Notes under the pieces: generated by a model
The model's input: the letters and a program-made list of their open reading frames with translations, nothing else
Told to the model about the DNA's origin: nothing
Databases searched by the model: none
In this document: positions 1-10,000 of the stretch, piece after piece
How the letters are laid out: each line of letters starts with the position of its first letter
Position numbering within the stretch: position 1 is the stretch's first letter
Source: a virus
Length of the DNA: 57,631 nucleotides
Virus record (IMG/VR): IMGVR_UViG_3300032605_000021
Strand: one strand, 5' to 3'
Made by a program: the position numbers and the translations under genes

Positions 1-127
1 GCAGTTTGAGCCCCTTGCTGCTGTCCTGCCACTCCTTCACTCCGCTCGCTCCCAGTGCCTTCTTTGCGCTCGGGGTGTATAGCCATCTCCTCTGGCTTTC
101 TGACTTCGCTGGCATCTTCTTTTTCTC
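1..127. repeat. Terminal direct repeat, copy 1 (identical to 57505-57631); circular-assembly overlap or terminal redundancy
   Basis: Read base by base: 1-127 (gcagtttgagcccc...catcttctttttctc) recurs exactly at 57505-57631. Confidence 0.95.
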
Positions 128-337
128 CTTGTCGATGGTCTGCAATTGAATCGATGTTGTTCCGACTGCCGTGATACTCATGGGATATTTCCTCTTTTTC
201 TCCATCGGTTGAGGCGCGGCGCACGATAGGTAGCCCAGTCGCTTCATCGAACGCCGTTACCTTTCCAGCGGGATGAACTGATCCGTGAGGCCTGAATCCT
301 GCACTTAGATCGATATCGTCTTCGATTGCAATTGCCA

Positions 338-2617
338 CTATTCCACCACCTTATAGCCCAACGCGCGGGCATGTTTCGATGCTGCCGCTAAATCACGTTT
401 TGGATTAGCCGCCCGCCATGCCGATTTGCTCCATTCATGGGTTGCTGGAGATGGCAGCGGTTTCGGGGTTGGCAATTGACCCGCTGGGATTCTTTCCGGC
501 AATCCCGCCGGCCCAACCTTGAATCCTGCTGGGGCTGGTGGCGTCGGCACCGGGTTGGACGCCAGCGGCTGCACCCTCATTCGGCTTGTGGCCTCATTCA
601 AGGGCGGTGCGGTCGGGGGTGATGGTAGTGGCGCTCCCTGCGCCCCTGGACTGGCCTGCGCGGGCAACTGGAGCACGGCATCCGGTTCGGGCGTGATGAC
701 CGCTGGGGTGACCGGCGCTGGCGATCCTGGGCGCGCTGCGCCTTCCGGCGTGACGTTGAAGCCGGGAGGCGCCCCCGGTGGCGCTGCGGGTGGCTGTGGC
801 TGTCCTGCTGGCCCAACCTCGGCATTGCCCGGTACGTCTGCGGGGAGTTGCAACTGTGGGTTGGCTAGTTGTCGCCGAGCGGCGCTGAATTGCGGCGGCG
901 GTTCAGGCGGCGGGGTGCGGTCGGGCAACTTTGAGAAAAATCGCTGCAATCCCTCTTGCACCTGGCCGAGTGGCGTTACGCCGAGTCCCTTCTCGGCAAT
1001 GATTCTCGCTGTTCCCGAGATTGGGCCAGCGCCCATCGTTCTTGCGCCCGTCAGCGCGTCCGCGATAGTCGCCTTGACACCCTTCGGCTCCTGAATCAGC
1101 GCCTCTTTGGACGCCAATTGCGGGGCAGCATTGCCGAGCGCCTCCTGAGCCTTCATGATGCTTGACTCTGTGCGCTTGGCTGCGCTGAAATCCTGCCCGC
1201 TGGCCTTTTCTAGTTGGTCGTAATACTCACCACGGAGTTTCGATAGCGCGTCCGACATGGCCGAGTCGACGGTCCCACTCCGGCCGGCGGCAATTGCGTT
1301 CTTGCGGAACTGTGGCGCTAGTTCGCGGTTGAGGTACATCCGGAGTTCGTTGGCCCCGCCCAACGTATCAACCTTACCTAGCCGATCCTTCAGGTCGGTG
1401 ATGGCTGCCGCATCTTCCGGCGAGAATCCCTCAAGCGATTCAGGGAATGTCACTGCGGCCTGGACTGGACGGGGATCGAACGGAGCATTGGCGACGGGCT
1501 GGAGTGCAGCTTGGTGCTGATCGTCAATAATCCCCTTGGCTTTGTCGAGCAGGTTTTGAGTCGCCGCAAGCGCATCTTCCGGCGCTCCCGAGCGAATCGC
1601 CTTGACTATCTCTGGATTATCGGCGGCAACCTGCCGGAGTGGACTGCCAATGTCCTGGGCGACCTGCTTTGGGAAGTAGTCTTTCCCCATGCCGGTTCCG
1701 CGCGCCAGAACGCCGCTAAGTGACTTGTGCTGCCCCTGGGTGTAGTTCTCGCCCTCGACTGGGCGGTTGCGCCGGAACTGAGTCAGCGCCTCGTCTGCGG
1801 TATCCTGGGCGACAGCACGGACGGCATCAGGGAGCGCCTTGACACCCTCAATCACTTTCGGCGCCAACTTTCCAGACGCCATGGTTGCGGCCAGAGGAAG
1901 CAGCGCGGCGATAGCGCCTCCAATGTCGCCCGCCGCTACGTGTTCTCCGATCTGCTGTCCAGCATCGGCGGCCATAGGTCCGAGACCTGGAATAGTCGCT
2001 GCTAGTCCATGACCGAGAGCTAACTCGCGGTGCTCAACCGCTTGCGGTGAGGGATTCATTGAATACCAGGGAGTTGCAGCATCAGCTTGTTTGAATTCGC
2101 TTACCGCTTGAGAGCCCTGATCTATGGCGCCCCGTGCAATTCCCTCAAGACCCCTTTCGACAATCGCTCCTCCAGGCACTACGGCATTTGCTGCCGATTC
2201 TTGCGGATTAGTCGCGTCGGGATTGATCGACTGCGCAATACCTTTGCCAAGGTTTGTAAATCCTCGCCGCGCTGTTTCCGAGAACCCTCTCGCCGGACGT
2301 GTGGGGTCTTGCGTGAAATCTTGCTGATACGCTTCTTCTGGTTTCAGCCCACGCTGTGGGATGGGATTCGTGTCGAACTGGTAGCCGAGTTCCTTAGCCT
2401 TCGGGACGGCGCTGTATGGAATCGGTAACTTATGCCCGTTGTCGTTCCACATCGGATAAACGCCTTCGCCAGGCTTGCCTGTCAGATCGGGAGGCGCGGC
2501 GGGTTGGTTACCAAGCGGAACCTCGGTGAGCCCATCCGGAACGCCTTGCACCCCAGACGATATTGGGACTTCGGTCAGTCCTTCCGGCACTCCCTCAATT
2601 GCTGGACTGGTAGGCAT
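338..2617 (-). CDS. Large low-complexity virion-module protein (internal-virion/ejection-protein-like), Pro-rich C-terminal third
   Basis: 759-aa ORF. Its ATG shares one base with the TAA of the upstream 662-aa gene (TAATG at 2615-2619). Long P/A-rich tail. It sits after the tail genes, as podovirus internal virion proteins do. No catalytic motif recognised. Confidence 0.45.
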   Translation of the reverse strand: MPTSPAIEGVPEGLTEVPISSGVQGVPDGLTEVPLGNQPAAPPDLTGKPGEGVYPMWNDNGHKLPIPYSAVPKAKELGYQFDTNPIPQRGLKPEEAYQQDFTQDPTRPARGFSETARRGFTNLGKGIAQSINPDATNPQESAANAVVPGGAIVERGLEGIARGAIDQGSQAVSEFKQADAATPWYSMNPSPQAVEHRELALGHGLAATIPGLGPMAADAGQQIGEHVAAGDIGGAIAALLPLAATMASGKLAPKVIEGVKALPDAVRAVAQDTADEALTQFRRNRPVEGENYTQGQHKSLSGVLARGTGMGKDYFPKQVAQDIGSPLRQVAADNPEIVKAIRSGAPEDALAATQNLLDKAKGIIDDQHQAALQPVANAPFDPRPVQAAVTFPESLEGFSPEDAAAITDLKDRLGKVDTLGGANELRMYLNRELAPQFRKNAIAAGRSGTVDSAMSDALSKLRGEYYDQLEKASGQDFSAAKRTESSIMKAQEALGNAAPQLASKEALIQEPKGVKATIADALTGARTMGAGPISGTARIIAEKGLGVTPLGQVQEGLQRFFSKLPDRTPPPEPPPQFSAARRQLANPQLQLPADVPGNAEVGPAGQPQPPAAPPGAPPGFNVTPEGAARPGSPAPVTPAVITPEPDAVLQLPAQASPGAQGAPLPSPPTAPPLNEATSRMRVQPLASNPVPTPPAPAGFKVGPAGLPERIPAGQLPTPKPLPSPATHEWSKSAWRAANPKRDLAAASKHARALGYKVVE

Positions 2618-4605
2618 TATTTTTTCACCGCCTGATATTTTCCGTTGACCGCATATCCGACAACCGCGCCACTCTTATCGGTGTAGGCGTGGGTAGCGCC
2701 GGGAGGTGGGGAAGGTGCTTTCGGGGTAGATGTGGGAGTAGTTCCGCCACGCACGTTATGGCCGCCCTTCATCTGCGGCAAACCCTCAGCGAGACGATTG
2801 GCGGTCAGGCGAATCTGACCGGTCTGCTTCTTGAGGTAATCGAGGTCCGGAGTGCTGGCTCCTGGAGCCATTTCCATGAGGCGATTGACTTGAGCATCGG
2901 ACACGCCACCGCCAGCCGATTGCCTGAGAGCCTGCAAGTTCTCTTTGTACGCCTTGACGTTGGTAACATAATCGCGCTCCTCCGGTGAGAGCCCGCTCGT
3001 TGCAAAAGCACCTTGAGCCCATTGGACCGAAGTACTCTTCGGATCAGCAATGGCTGTAGCAACTGCCGGATTGTTGAGTTGTCCGCCAGCCTGCACGAGC
3101 CGTTCAGCAGTCTTTTCGATGTTATCGGTCGCGCCAAGGACGTCGTTGAATTGCGCCGTCTTGCCTTCCTGCTTGATGTAGGGGGCCGCAAGCGAAGTGC
3201 CGATAGGTTTACCTGCTGCCGAAGTGGCCCCGCCTTCGAGTTGGTTTCCTTCTAAGTCAGTTCCGAGCATCTGTCCCGATGCACGAAGGGCGTAGGAGTT
3301 TGCCTTCTTCATCTCGGCGTCTATTTGTTTCTGTTTTTGCTCGAAAGCTGGAGTTCCTGGGGTGATCTTTTCCCTTTCGATTTCGGCACGTAATTGCTGT
3401 GTTTTCTGTATTGAAGCTCGCCAATCGCTGAGAGCCTGTTTTTGCTTTGTGATAGGCGAGTCGGGATCTTCTGAGTAAGTCAACTTCCCATCTGGTCCTG
3501 TCGTAGATTTAAGGCCTAGCGCGGCAGCCCGTTCGTCAGCATTCAATCCGGCAATGTCTTTTCTTCCTTGAGTGTTAACCCCCGCCACCGCAACCGTCTT
3601 AACGGCAGATGCCGGCAAGGACGTTCCAACGAAGGGCTTTAGCGCTGCATTCTCTTCACCCATAGCGGCAGTGATTGGAATGGGCTGTTCTGATTCAGTT
3701 CTGGCTTGCTCTTCTGCTGTTTTCGTATTTGCTGCGCCCTGTGTGAGTTGCTGTTGGAGATTCGCAGTCATCCCGGCGTTACGCCTGGCTGCGTCAGAGA
3801 ACGCGCGAGTCGGTGCGCCGTATGGAGTTGCGCCTACCGCAGCCGGATCGACTGCGCCCATGAGAGCGCCAGCTATGCCGTGCTCAGCCAAACCCTCAAG
3901 GCCAGCCTTCAAGCCTCTGCCAAACCTCTGCCAGCGCGTCGGGTTGTAGGTCCCGCTGTTCGGGTCATTGGGGTCACGGAGTTGCGGTACGCCTGTCGGA
4001 TTCGCTGCGGTGCGTGGTGAGTTCGCCGCCGCCAATCGCGACTCAACGGCGTTCATATCGACCGGCGCGCTGGTATTGGAAGAATTAGGCTTCAAAGATA
4101 GTACGCCGTCTTGGACGTTGTTTGGATTGACGGGATTTTCTTGCCCGGTTGATGCTCCGTCCATCGGGAGAACATTTGACGGGACCGCCCGCGCGCCCGT
4201 CGAATCAGTTGGCGGATTGGGCGCATTGGTCGTCGGCATCTGGGCCTGCGCACCAGCCGCAAGACTCTGCCCGAATCCCTCCATTGGGCTCTTGTTATCG
4301 AGTGTCATGCCGTATGGTTTGGAGTCTTGCTCCGCGGGCTGGTTGGTTGCCGTGCCTGTCGCTGGCGCCGGCGTCGATGCGGGAGCAACCGCGGCTTGCG
4401 GCTTTCCTACCGCCGCGGCAAGAGGGCTCGGTGGAGCAACCACCGGTCGCGCGGCTGTCGGCAGGGGAAACGGTACTCCCGATTGGTGCGCCGCCAAATA
4501 CCCGGATGGGTCTCCCGACGCAAGCATCTCCTCCCAATCGACGCCGGATGACGCAATCGGGGATGCCGATGGAATTAGGCCTTGAAGTCCGTTCGTGTCC
4601 GCCAT
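2617..4605 (-). CDS. Large low-complexity virion-module protein (internal-virion-like)
   Basis: 662-aa ORF rich in A/G/P/Q/T. Translationally coupled to the next gene. No recognisable enzymatic motif. Confidence 0.45.
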   Translation of the reverse strand: MADTNGLQGLIPSASPIASSGVDWEEMLASGDPSGYLAAHQSGVPFPLPTAARPVVAPPSPLAAAVGKPQAAVAPASTPAPATGTATNQPAEQDSKPYGMTLDNKSPMEGFGQSLAAGAQAQMPTTNAPNPPTDSTGARAVPSNVLPMDGASTGQENPVNPNNVQDGVLSLKPNSSNTSAPVDMNAVESRLAAANSPRTAANPTGVPQLRDPNDPNSGTYNPTRWQRFGRGLKAGLEGLAEHGIAGALMGAVDPAAVGATPYGAPTRAFSDAARRNAGMTANLQQQLTQGAANTKTAEEQARTESEQPIPITAAMGEENAALKPFVGTSLPASAVKTVAVAGVNTQGRKDIAGLNADERAAALGLKSTTGPDGKLTYSEDPDSPITKQKQALSDWRASIQKTQQLRAEIEREKITPGTPAFEQKQKQIDAEMKKANSYALRASGQMLGTDLEGNQLEGGATSAAGKPIGTSLAAPYIKQEGKTAQFNDVLGATDNIEKTAERLVQAGGQLNNPAVATAIADPKSTSVQWAQGAFATSGLSPEERDYVTNVKAYKENLQALRQSAGGGVSDAQVNRLMEMAPGASTPDLDYLKKQTGQIRLTANRLAEGLPQMKGGHNVRGGTTPTSTPKAPSPPPGATHAYTDKSGAVVGYAVNGKYQAVKK

Positions 4606-4614
4606 GCGTTCCCC

Positions 4615-5193
4615 CTACTTCTTTCCCACGTAAGCCGCGCCTATCTGTCCGGCACCAGTAATAAGCCCCTGCCCCAGTTCATCCATAAAGCTCGGCGTCT
4701 GCGCGGCCTGCTCCTCGGTGCTTGCCTGGCCCTGAGCCGTGTTCGATTCCTGAGAGGCAAGATTCTGCTGCGCCTGCGTGATCTGCCCTTCCGCTCCGAG
4801 CACGTCCTGGCCGTACTTTGCCCCCGCCGCAAGCCGGCTCTCGGTCGCCCCAGCCTCCTGGGTGCCTAGCATACGCTGTGCCGCTTGCTGCTCCGCCTCA
4901 CCTGCCGCCACGCCGGCCGATGCGTTCTGCCCGGTTCTCTGAGCCTGCGTCTGGTTCTTGGCCGCCGCCGCCGCCGCTGTCGCATCCGCCGTTCCTGCCA
5001 ACTGGCGATTCGTCACCGAATCCATCTGGCCGCCCTGGACATAGGGATTATTGGCCGCGAACTTGGCGAGTTGGCTCTGCTGTGTGCCAATGTCGGCCTG
5101 AGTCGCGGCATCCGACGCCTGCGTTTCCGCTGTGCTTGTCGCGGTATTGGCCTTCTCGGTATCAACGATGTCACCTTGCTGGGCACGGCTCAT
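4615..5193 (-). CDS. Gln/Ala-rich small virion-module protein
   Basis: 192-aa ORF with a 4-nt overlap with the upstream GNAT gene. Strongly Q/A/T-biased, with a hydrophobic Gly-rich C-terminus (GLITGAGQIGAAYVG). Confidence 0.45.
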   Translation of the reverse strand: MSRAQQGDIVDTEKANTATSTAETQASDAATQADIGTQQSQLAKFAANNPYVQGGQMDSVTNRQLAGTADATAAAAAAKNQTQAQRTGQNASAGVAAGEAEQQAAQRMLGTQEAGATESRLAAGAKYGQDVLGAEGQITQAQQNLASQESNTAQGQASTEEQAAQTPSFMDELGQGLITGAGQIGAAYVGKK

Positions 5194-5633
5194 TGTGTCT
5201 TCTCCCTTAAATCCTTGAAAAAGTGCGCTAAACAGTCATCGTTTCGGCTGAATCCCGCCTTGTCGAGCGGCTTGCCGATGGCGTCAGCGAGAGCGATGGG
5301 CACATCGCAATGCAGGCCTGAGTAGCCAAGCCATGAGAGCACGCCTGCCAGACCGTCAATATCCCGCCGCGCGAATGCCGTAGCCTTCGGGTTATCGCAG
5401 CCAGCAAACATCAACTCCGCCCGCCGTTCAACCCAGATCGCCTGTACCGGCACATCAGACCCTTCCTCGCAACCCACAAGCGCCACCGGCACACGATCGG
5501 TTCCAGCTCCCACCTTGTCAAAGAAAGCAGGCAGCGGGTAGCTGGTCCCGTCACGCTCATTCTGCTCGTCATGGAAGCGGCGAATATACGGAAGATCGGC
5601 GGGGGTCGCTGGACGGAGGATGATCGGCTTCAC
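5190..5633 (-). CDS. GNAT-family N-acetyltransferase-like protein
   Basis: 147 aa. The N-terminus IILRPATPADLPYIRRF matches the usual GNAT beta1/alpha1 start. The C-terminal ...GKPLDKAGFSR resembles the GNAT ...y.k.GF tail. 4-nt overlaps on both sides. Confidence 0.5.
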   Translation of the reverse strand: MKPIILRPATPADLPYIRRFHDEQNERDGTSYPLPAFFDKVGAGTDRVPVALVGCEEGSDVPVQAIWVERRAELMFAGCDNPKATAFARRDIDGLAGVLSWLGYSGLHCDVPIALADAIGKPLDKAGFSRNDDCLAHFFKDLREKTQ

Positions 5634-6010
5634 TTCGTCTCCCGCGGTACGTGCATCATGCGCCCAAATGGATGCGTCGTGATCTTGTGGCCGGGCGGAA
5701 CGTGGGAATGTAGGGGCCCAAGGTGAATCGGTACTCCATGTTTTCCGGCGTACTCCATGATGGCGTTGTGGTTTCCCATCAGTGATTCAATCGCCGCGTT
5801 GATTTCCGCCGCCGGGTCAAGATGCCCAAGATCATCCTGCGCGAACGGCCGATGACATTCTCGGCATGTCGGAGCGCCCAAGAGAAGGTCGATGTTGTGC
5901 TCTCCGCCTGTAACCTGGTTGAAAAGGTGGATGTGGTGGACGTGCGTGCGCCCGTCAATGTGATTGTGTTCGTGTCCTGGTCGAATCTGCCATGCCATTA
6001 CGGTCTCCAA
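5630..6010 (-). CDS. His-rich hypothetical protein
   Basis: 126-aa ORF abutting both neighbours. Roughly one residue in seven is His (GHEHNHIDGRTHVHHIH..., HLGPLHSHVPPGH). Confidence 0.5.
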   Translation of the reverse strand: METVMAWQIRPGHEHNHIDGRTHVHHIHLFNQVTGGEHNIDLLLGAPTCRECHRPFAQDDLGHLDPAAEINAAIESLMGNHNAIMEYAGKHGVPIHLGPLHSHVPPGHKITTHPFGRMMHVPRETK

Positions 6011-7084
6011 TCACCCCAAAGTACCATCGTTGACTACCAGCCGCCCGCCATTCCCGCCGATGGACTGCCCTCCGCCAAGATTCCCGCCAAAGACACCGCC
6101 GCTCACTGTAACTGGCTGGTCACCGGGCGTGTATCCACTGCCAGCCGCCCCATTCGCAATCGAGATCAGCACGCCAGCATGGATCGTCTGCGCTCCCGGG
6201 GTGGCACCTACTCCCACGTCGGCGATATTGAGCGTCACAGGGTCGCTGAGCGCGTTGCCGCCGCTAACCACATTCCATCCTGTCACGGTACCAGTCAATC
6301 CAACTGTGACCGTTACCACCGGGAGAACAACCGCGCCGCTGCCGACCACGCTGACGGCGCCAATCGGCGTAGTTCCATCGGTCAGAACCTCGGGCAGTGT
6401 TCCACGTGCAACATAGTCCTGGCCCTGAAATCCAACCACCTGCTCTGTCGCAAACGGCACGTTGATGATCGACGCCGAGGGAAGGATAGTCTCGACACCG
6501 CCCTTGACCGATGGAAACTGGGTATTGAATCCAGACTTGCCGTAAACCCTAATCACCGCTGCCGTTCCTGCCGTGTCCGATACTGAGTCAACCGTCGCGT
6601 AGTTGGTCTGATTCAGCACGATAGCCGCCTCTGCCCCAGCCGACGACCGCAACTCGCTCGATACCGCGCCCGGCTGGACCTGATAAGCATTCCATGCGTG
6701 CTGGTCGTAGCTCGACCGAAGCCGCCAGAAGACGGTCAAGCCGGGAGCCGGCACGGTCAACTGTGTCGTTGTCTGGACCGGCAGAGTCGTCACCTGCCCG
6801 ACAAAGCTGGTCACGGCGCAATAACTCATCTCGTGGTAGATGGTCTTGTTGATCGACTGTTTAGGGTTGGTGATCTGTATGTTGAAAGCGGCATTCGCGC
6901 CAGTAACCGAGAACGAGGCGGCCGGCGGCGGAGCCGAGGACGGTTGTTGAGGCGAATTCGTAGGCTCGACAAAGTTTGTCCCTGTCGCGTTGTTGTGGAC
7001 CTCGAGCTGCGCGTACATCCCGAGCAGAACGGTGCGCAGCCCGAAATCTTTCACGGCATTTATTTGAGACTTTGAGAGTGCCAT
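6011..7084 (-). CDS. Tail fibre/spike-like structural protein
   Basis: 357 aa, directly abutting the 1027-aa tail gene. T/V/G-rich beta-type composition and a Gly-rich C-terminus (GGVFGGNLGGGQSIGGNGG). Confidence 0.4.
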   Translation of the reverse strand: MALSKSQINAVKDFGLRTVLLGMYAQLEVHNNATGTNFVEPTNSPQQPSSAPPPAASFSVTGANAAFNIQITNPKQSINKTIYHEMSYCAVTSFVGQVTTLPVQTTTQLTVPAPGLTVFWRLRSSYDQHAWNAYQVQPGAVSSELRSSAGAEAAIVLNQTNYATVDSVSDTAGTAAVIRVYGKSGFNTQFPSVKGGVETILPSASIINVPFATEQVVGFQGQDYVARGTLPEVLTDGTTPIGAVSVVGSGAVVLPVVTVTVGLTGTVTGWNVVSGGNALSDPVTLNIADVGVGATPGAQTIHAGVLISIANGAAGSGYTPGDQPVTVSGGVFGGNLGGGQSIGGNGGRLVVNDGTLG

Positions 7085-10000
7085 CTACTTGCTCTCCCCG
7101 GCCAGCCGGCCTGCAAACATCGGCGAGATAAAGACGCAACTGTATTTCATCGACCACCAGGCGTCGGCGATGCAACCGTTGGTCAGCCGCAACCTCCAGC
7201 GCTCATTCAACTTGCTGGGCGTGTTCTTGCTGATTCCCTTGGTCGGATTCAATTCAAGCTGAATCGGCTTCATCTTGACCAGCCAGCTCGGCTGCGGTGT
7301 ATCGGCCTCCCAGTCGGTGATGCGGCGGGCTCCTGCGATGAATTCAACGAACAGGCTGCCGTTGCCGCGGGCATTCATATTCAAGCCCTGCAACTTGCAC
7401 AGCGTCATCATCTGCTGCGCGGCGACGGTCTCATACTGGCAATCAATTCCGGCCGTGTTGTCGTTGTAGATACCGGGAGTTAGAGCCTGGACTGTTCCGT
7501 CCGGAGCCGATGAGGCATAAAGCATCTGCGAGATGTATTGCCGGCTGATCTCCTCGGTCGTGTCTACCGGACCTTCATCTGGCGTAGGCAAGCCTGTGAC
7601 TGTCCGGTATGCCCGCATCCCGCAGTAGGCGGTGATGTTGGTCCAGACGCTGTACTTACGGCATGCCTCAATGGTGATTTCCTTGCCAGAGTAACGCGAG
7701 AACAGAAGCGGATTGTTCCACCCCTCCTCATAGTTCAGCACCAAAACAACATTGGGAACCGTGCTCGATCCAACCGGGAGGCCGATGTGGACCTCGTGAT
7801 ACTCAACATCGATCGCGCACCAGATAGTCTCCTGAGCCTGCCAGTTGATCGTGTTCCAGAAGCGATTCAGCTCCTTTGAGACCAACTCCGGCCAGGACGA
7901 CTCGTACTTGTAGATTCCGCTCGAATGGATGAAAAGCAGGAATTGACCACATACATCGACGGCGCGCGGCCCGCACGGCCCCACCTTCGTCCAGCGTTTC
8001 GTCACAGTCCATGTGGCTGGATCTGCAGTTGATGGTGACAACTCAAAGCCAGACCGCTCTCGAAGCGAGTAGGGGACGCCCTGATACTCCCTTACGCACC
8101 AGGCACGCTCACCGTCATCGGTTCCAACCTGAATGCCGGACGTGTCACCGTAGTAGCTCTCAGGGTCGGCGGCCAGCGAGACCCAGTGACCGGAGTAGAA
8201 TCCCGGCACGCCACTCTGGAATATGCGGTCAGTCGCCTCCGAGTAGTAGAGATCAACGCATTGCTGTGGCTGGATCACGCGCAGCCGGTCGGTTGTATTC
8301 GTGCCCACGGATGCGATGAGTCCGGCAAGATACTCGTCCGTGAAGTTGACGGTTGCTGTCGAAGTTCCATTCGGGAAGATAGTCGCCGTGATTTGAATTC
8401 CATCAGAGACCAGAGTGGTCGGCGAGTAGGCGTAAGGCCCTGCGCTCACTCCATCGGCAACCGCGAAGTTGCAGATTACATTCTGGATGTAAGCAGGCCC
8501 AGTCGGAAGATTGAAGACGGAAAGCTCCCACCCATTCTCGTCAACGATGTAGTTGACCGCCGACGCCTGCGTGAATCCGGAGATGGTGTCAAACATATCC
8601 TGATAGGCAATCGTCATCCAGCGGTAGCCCTGAGTTCCGTTGGGCCCACCCTGTGCCGTGTCCTGGGCGATGTTGCCGGCTGTGCCGGTCGTATTGGCCG
8701 TGGGCGGGGGCGGGCCAGATACACTGCTTGCGACGGTCACGGTCGCGCCAGTGCCGTAGGTTCCGATTAAGGCGAAGTCTCCGAATTGAGGGAATGTGCT
8801 GCCATCGAATACCGTCCCGGTCGGCACGTCGCATTCATAGAGCCGGATCCCAGTGACAGCATAGCCTTGTGGAAATTGCGTGGAAATGACGAACGCATCA
8901 TCGACCAATGTGTTAACCATCGAGTTTGCTGGGCCTGGGAGCGTCTCTCCGGCGGCGTTGACATATGTCTGGAGGATATAGACATCGCGTCCGGCAGGGA
9001 ATGTGCCGCCACCTGCGGAGCGCGCCATGACTGGCTCAACGTCGGGCGTCGGCAACTGACCGCCTGTAATGCGCGCCGTGTTGGTTGTTGGCGGATTCAC
9101 CGAGCCGCCAAGAGTGGTCACTCCGTAAAGTGTTCCAAGCGCAACCGGGGTCGCGTTGAATTTTACATAAGTTAAGAGTTGCGGGGCCGGAGATCCGTGT
9201 GTTACCTCCGCCACATAGACGTTCGCTCCAGTGGGGACGTAGTTAGCGGGCAAACCCTGCATCCATCCAGCTAGAGACGCCAACGCGGGGATTTTCACGT
9301 TGACCGTCGTACCGCCTGCAATTGGATTGATGAAAACCGGGATAGATGGCAGTGTCTCGCCGATGCTGTTGACCATCGTGATGGCAATATAGACATCGGC
9401 TCCGGTTCCCCATGTCCCGCCGCCGGCCAGAGATAGAACTGGGGATGCCGGAATAGGAATACGATTAGCCATTACCGGCGTCTGCTCTTTCCAGATAACG
9501 CCACCATCGTTGTATATCTGTCCCTCGACGGCGGTCCAAACTGGCTGCACATTGCCGCAAGTTCCAGCCTGCGTGCAGATGTAGAGATGGCCATTCCCGA
9601 CGGCAACCGTAACGCCGTACCGAATATCAGACAGCGTGCAGCACTCGCCGACAAGAACCTGGGCGCCGGCGTACCAGCCAAAGCCGACCGGTTTCATGCC
9701 GTAGGGGTAGAGGTTTTGGGTGAAGAGATCGTATGCGGCAGGGAATTCTGTGGGAGTGAGAAGGTTTGAGAATGCCATCCATGCCCGGTTGTAGGCCTGG
9801 GTTCCGATCATGTAGGATTGGGCGGGCAGGTTCACCAGCGGGGAGCTGATGGGTGTTGTGCGGCCCGTCCCGGTGGGGTTCTCTATCTGGAGCGCGCCGG
9901 AATAGTCGTAGAGCAGGATGGTTTGAAAGTAGTCCTGAGTCGCACTCTCCGGCGTGTAGGCGCACGGCAAGAGACCTGCGATGGGACTTTGGTTGATTCC

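Noticed and set aside
1-127. Interpreting the 127-bp terminal repeat as a biological direct terminal repeat or a prophage att duplication
   Set aside because: A reading frame runs straight through the repeat and across the junction, and there are no integrase or host flanks. An exact short overlap of this kind is what circular assembly of a metagenomic contig produces. True ends cannot be inferred from the sequence alone.
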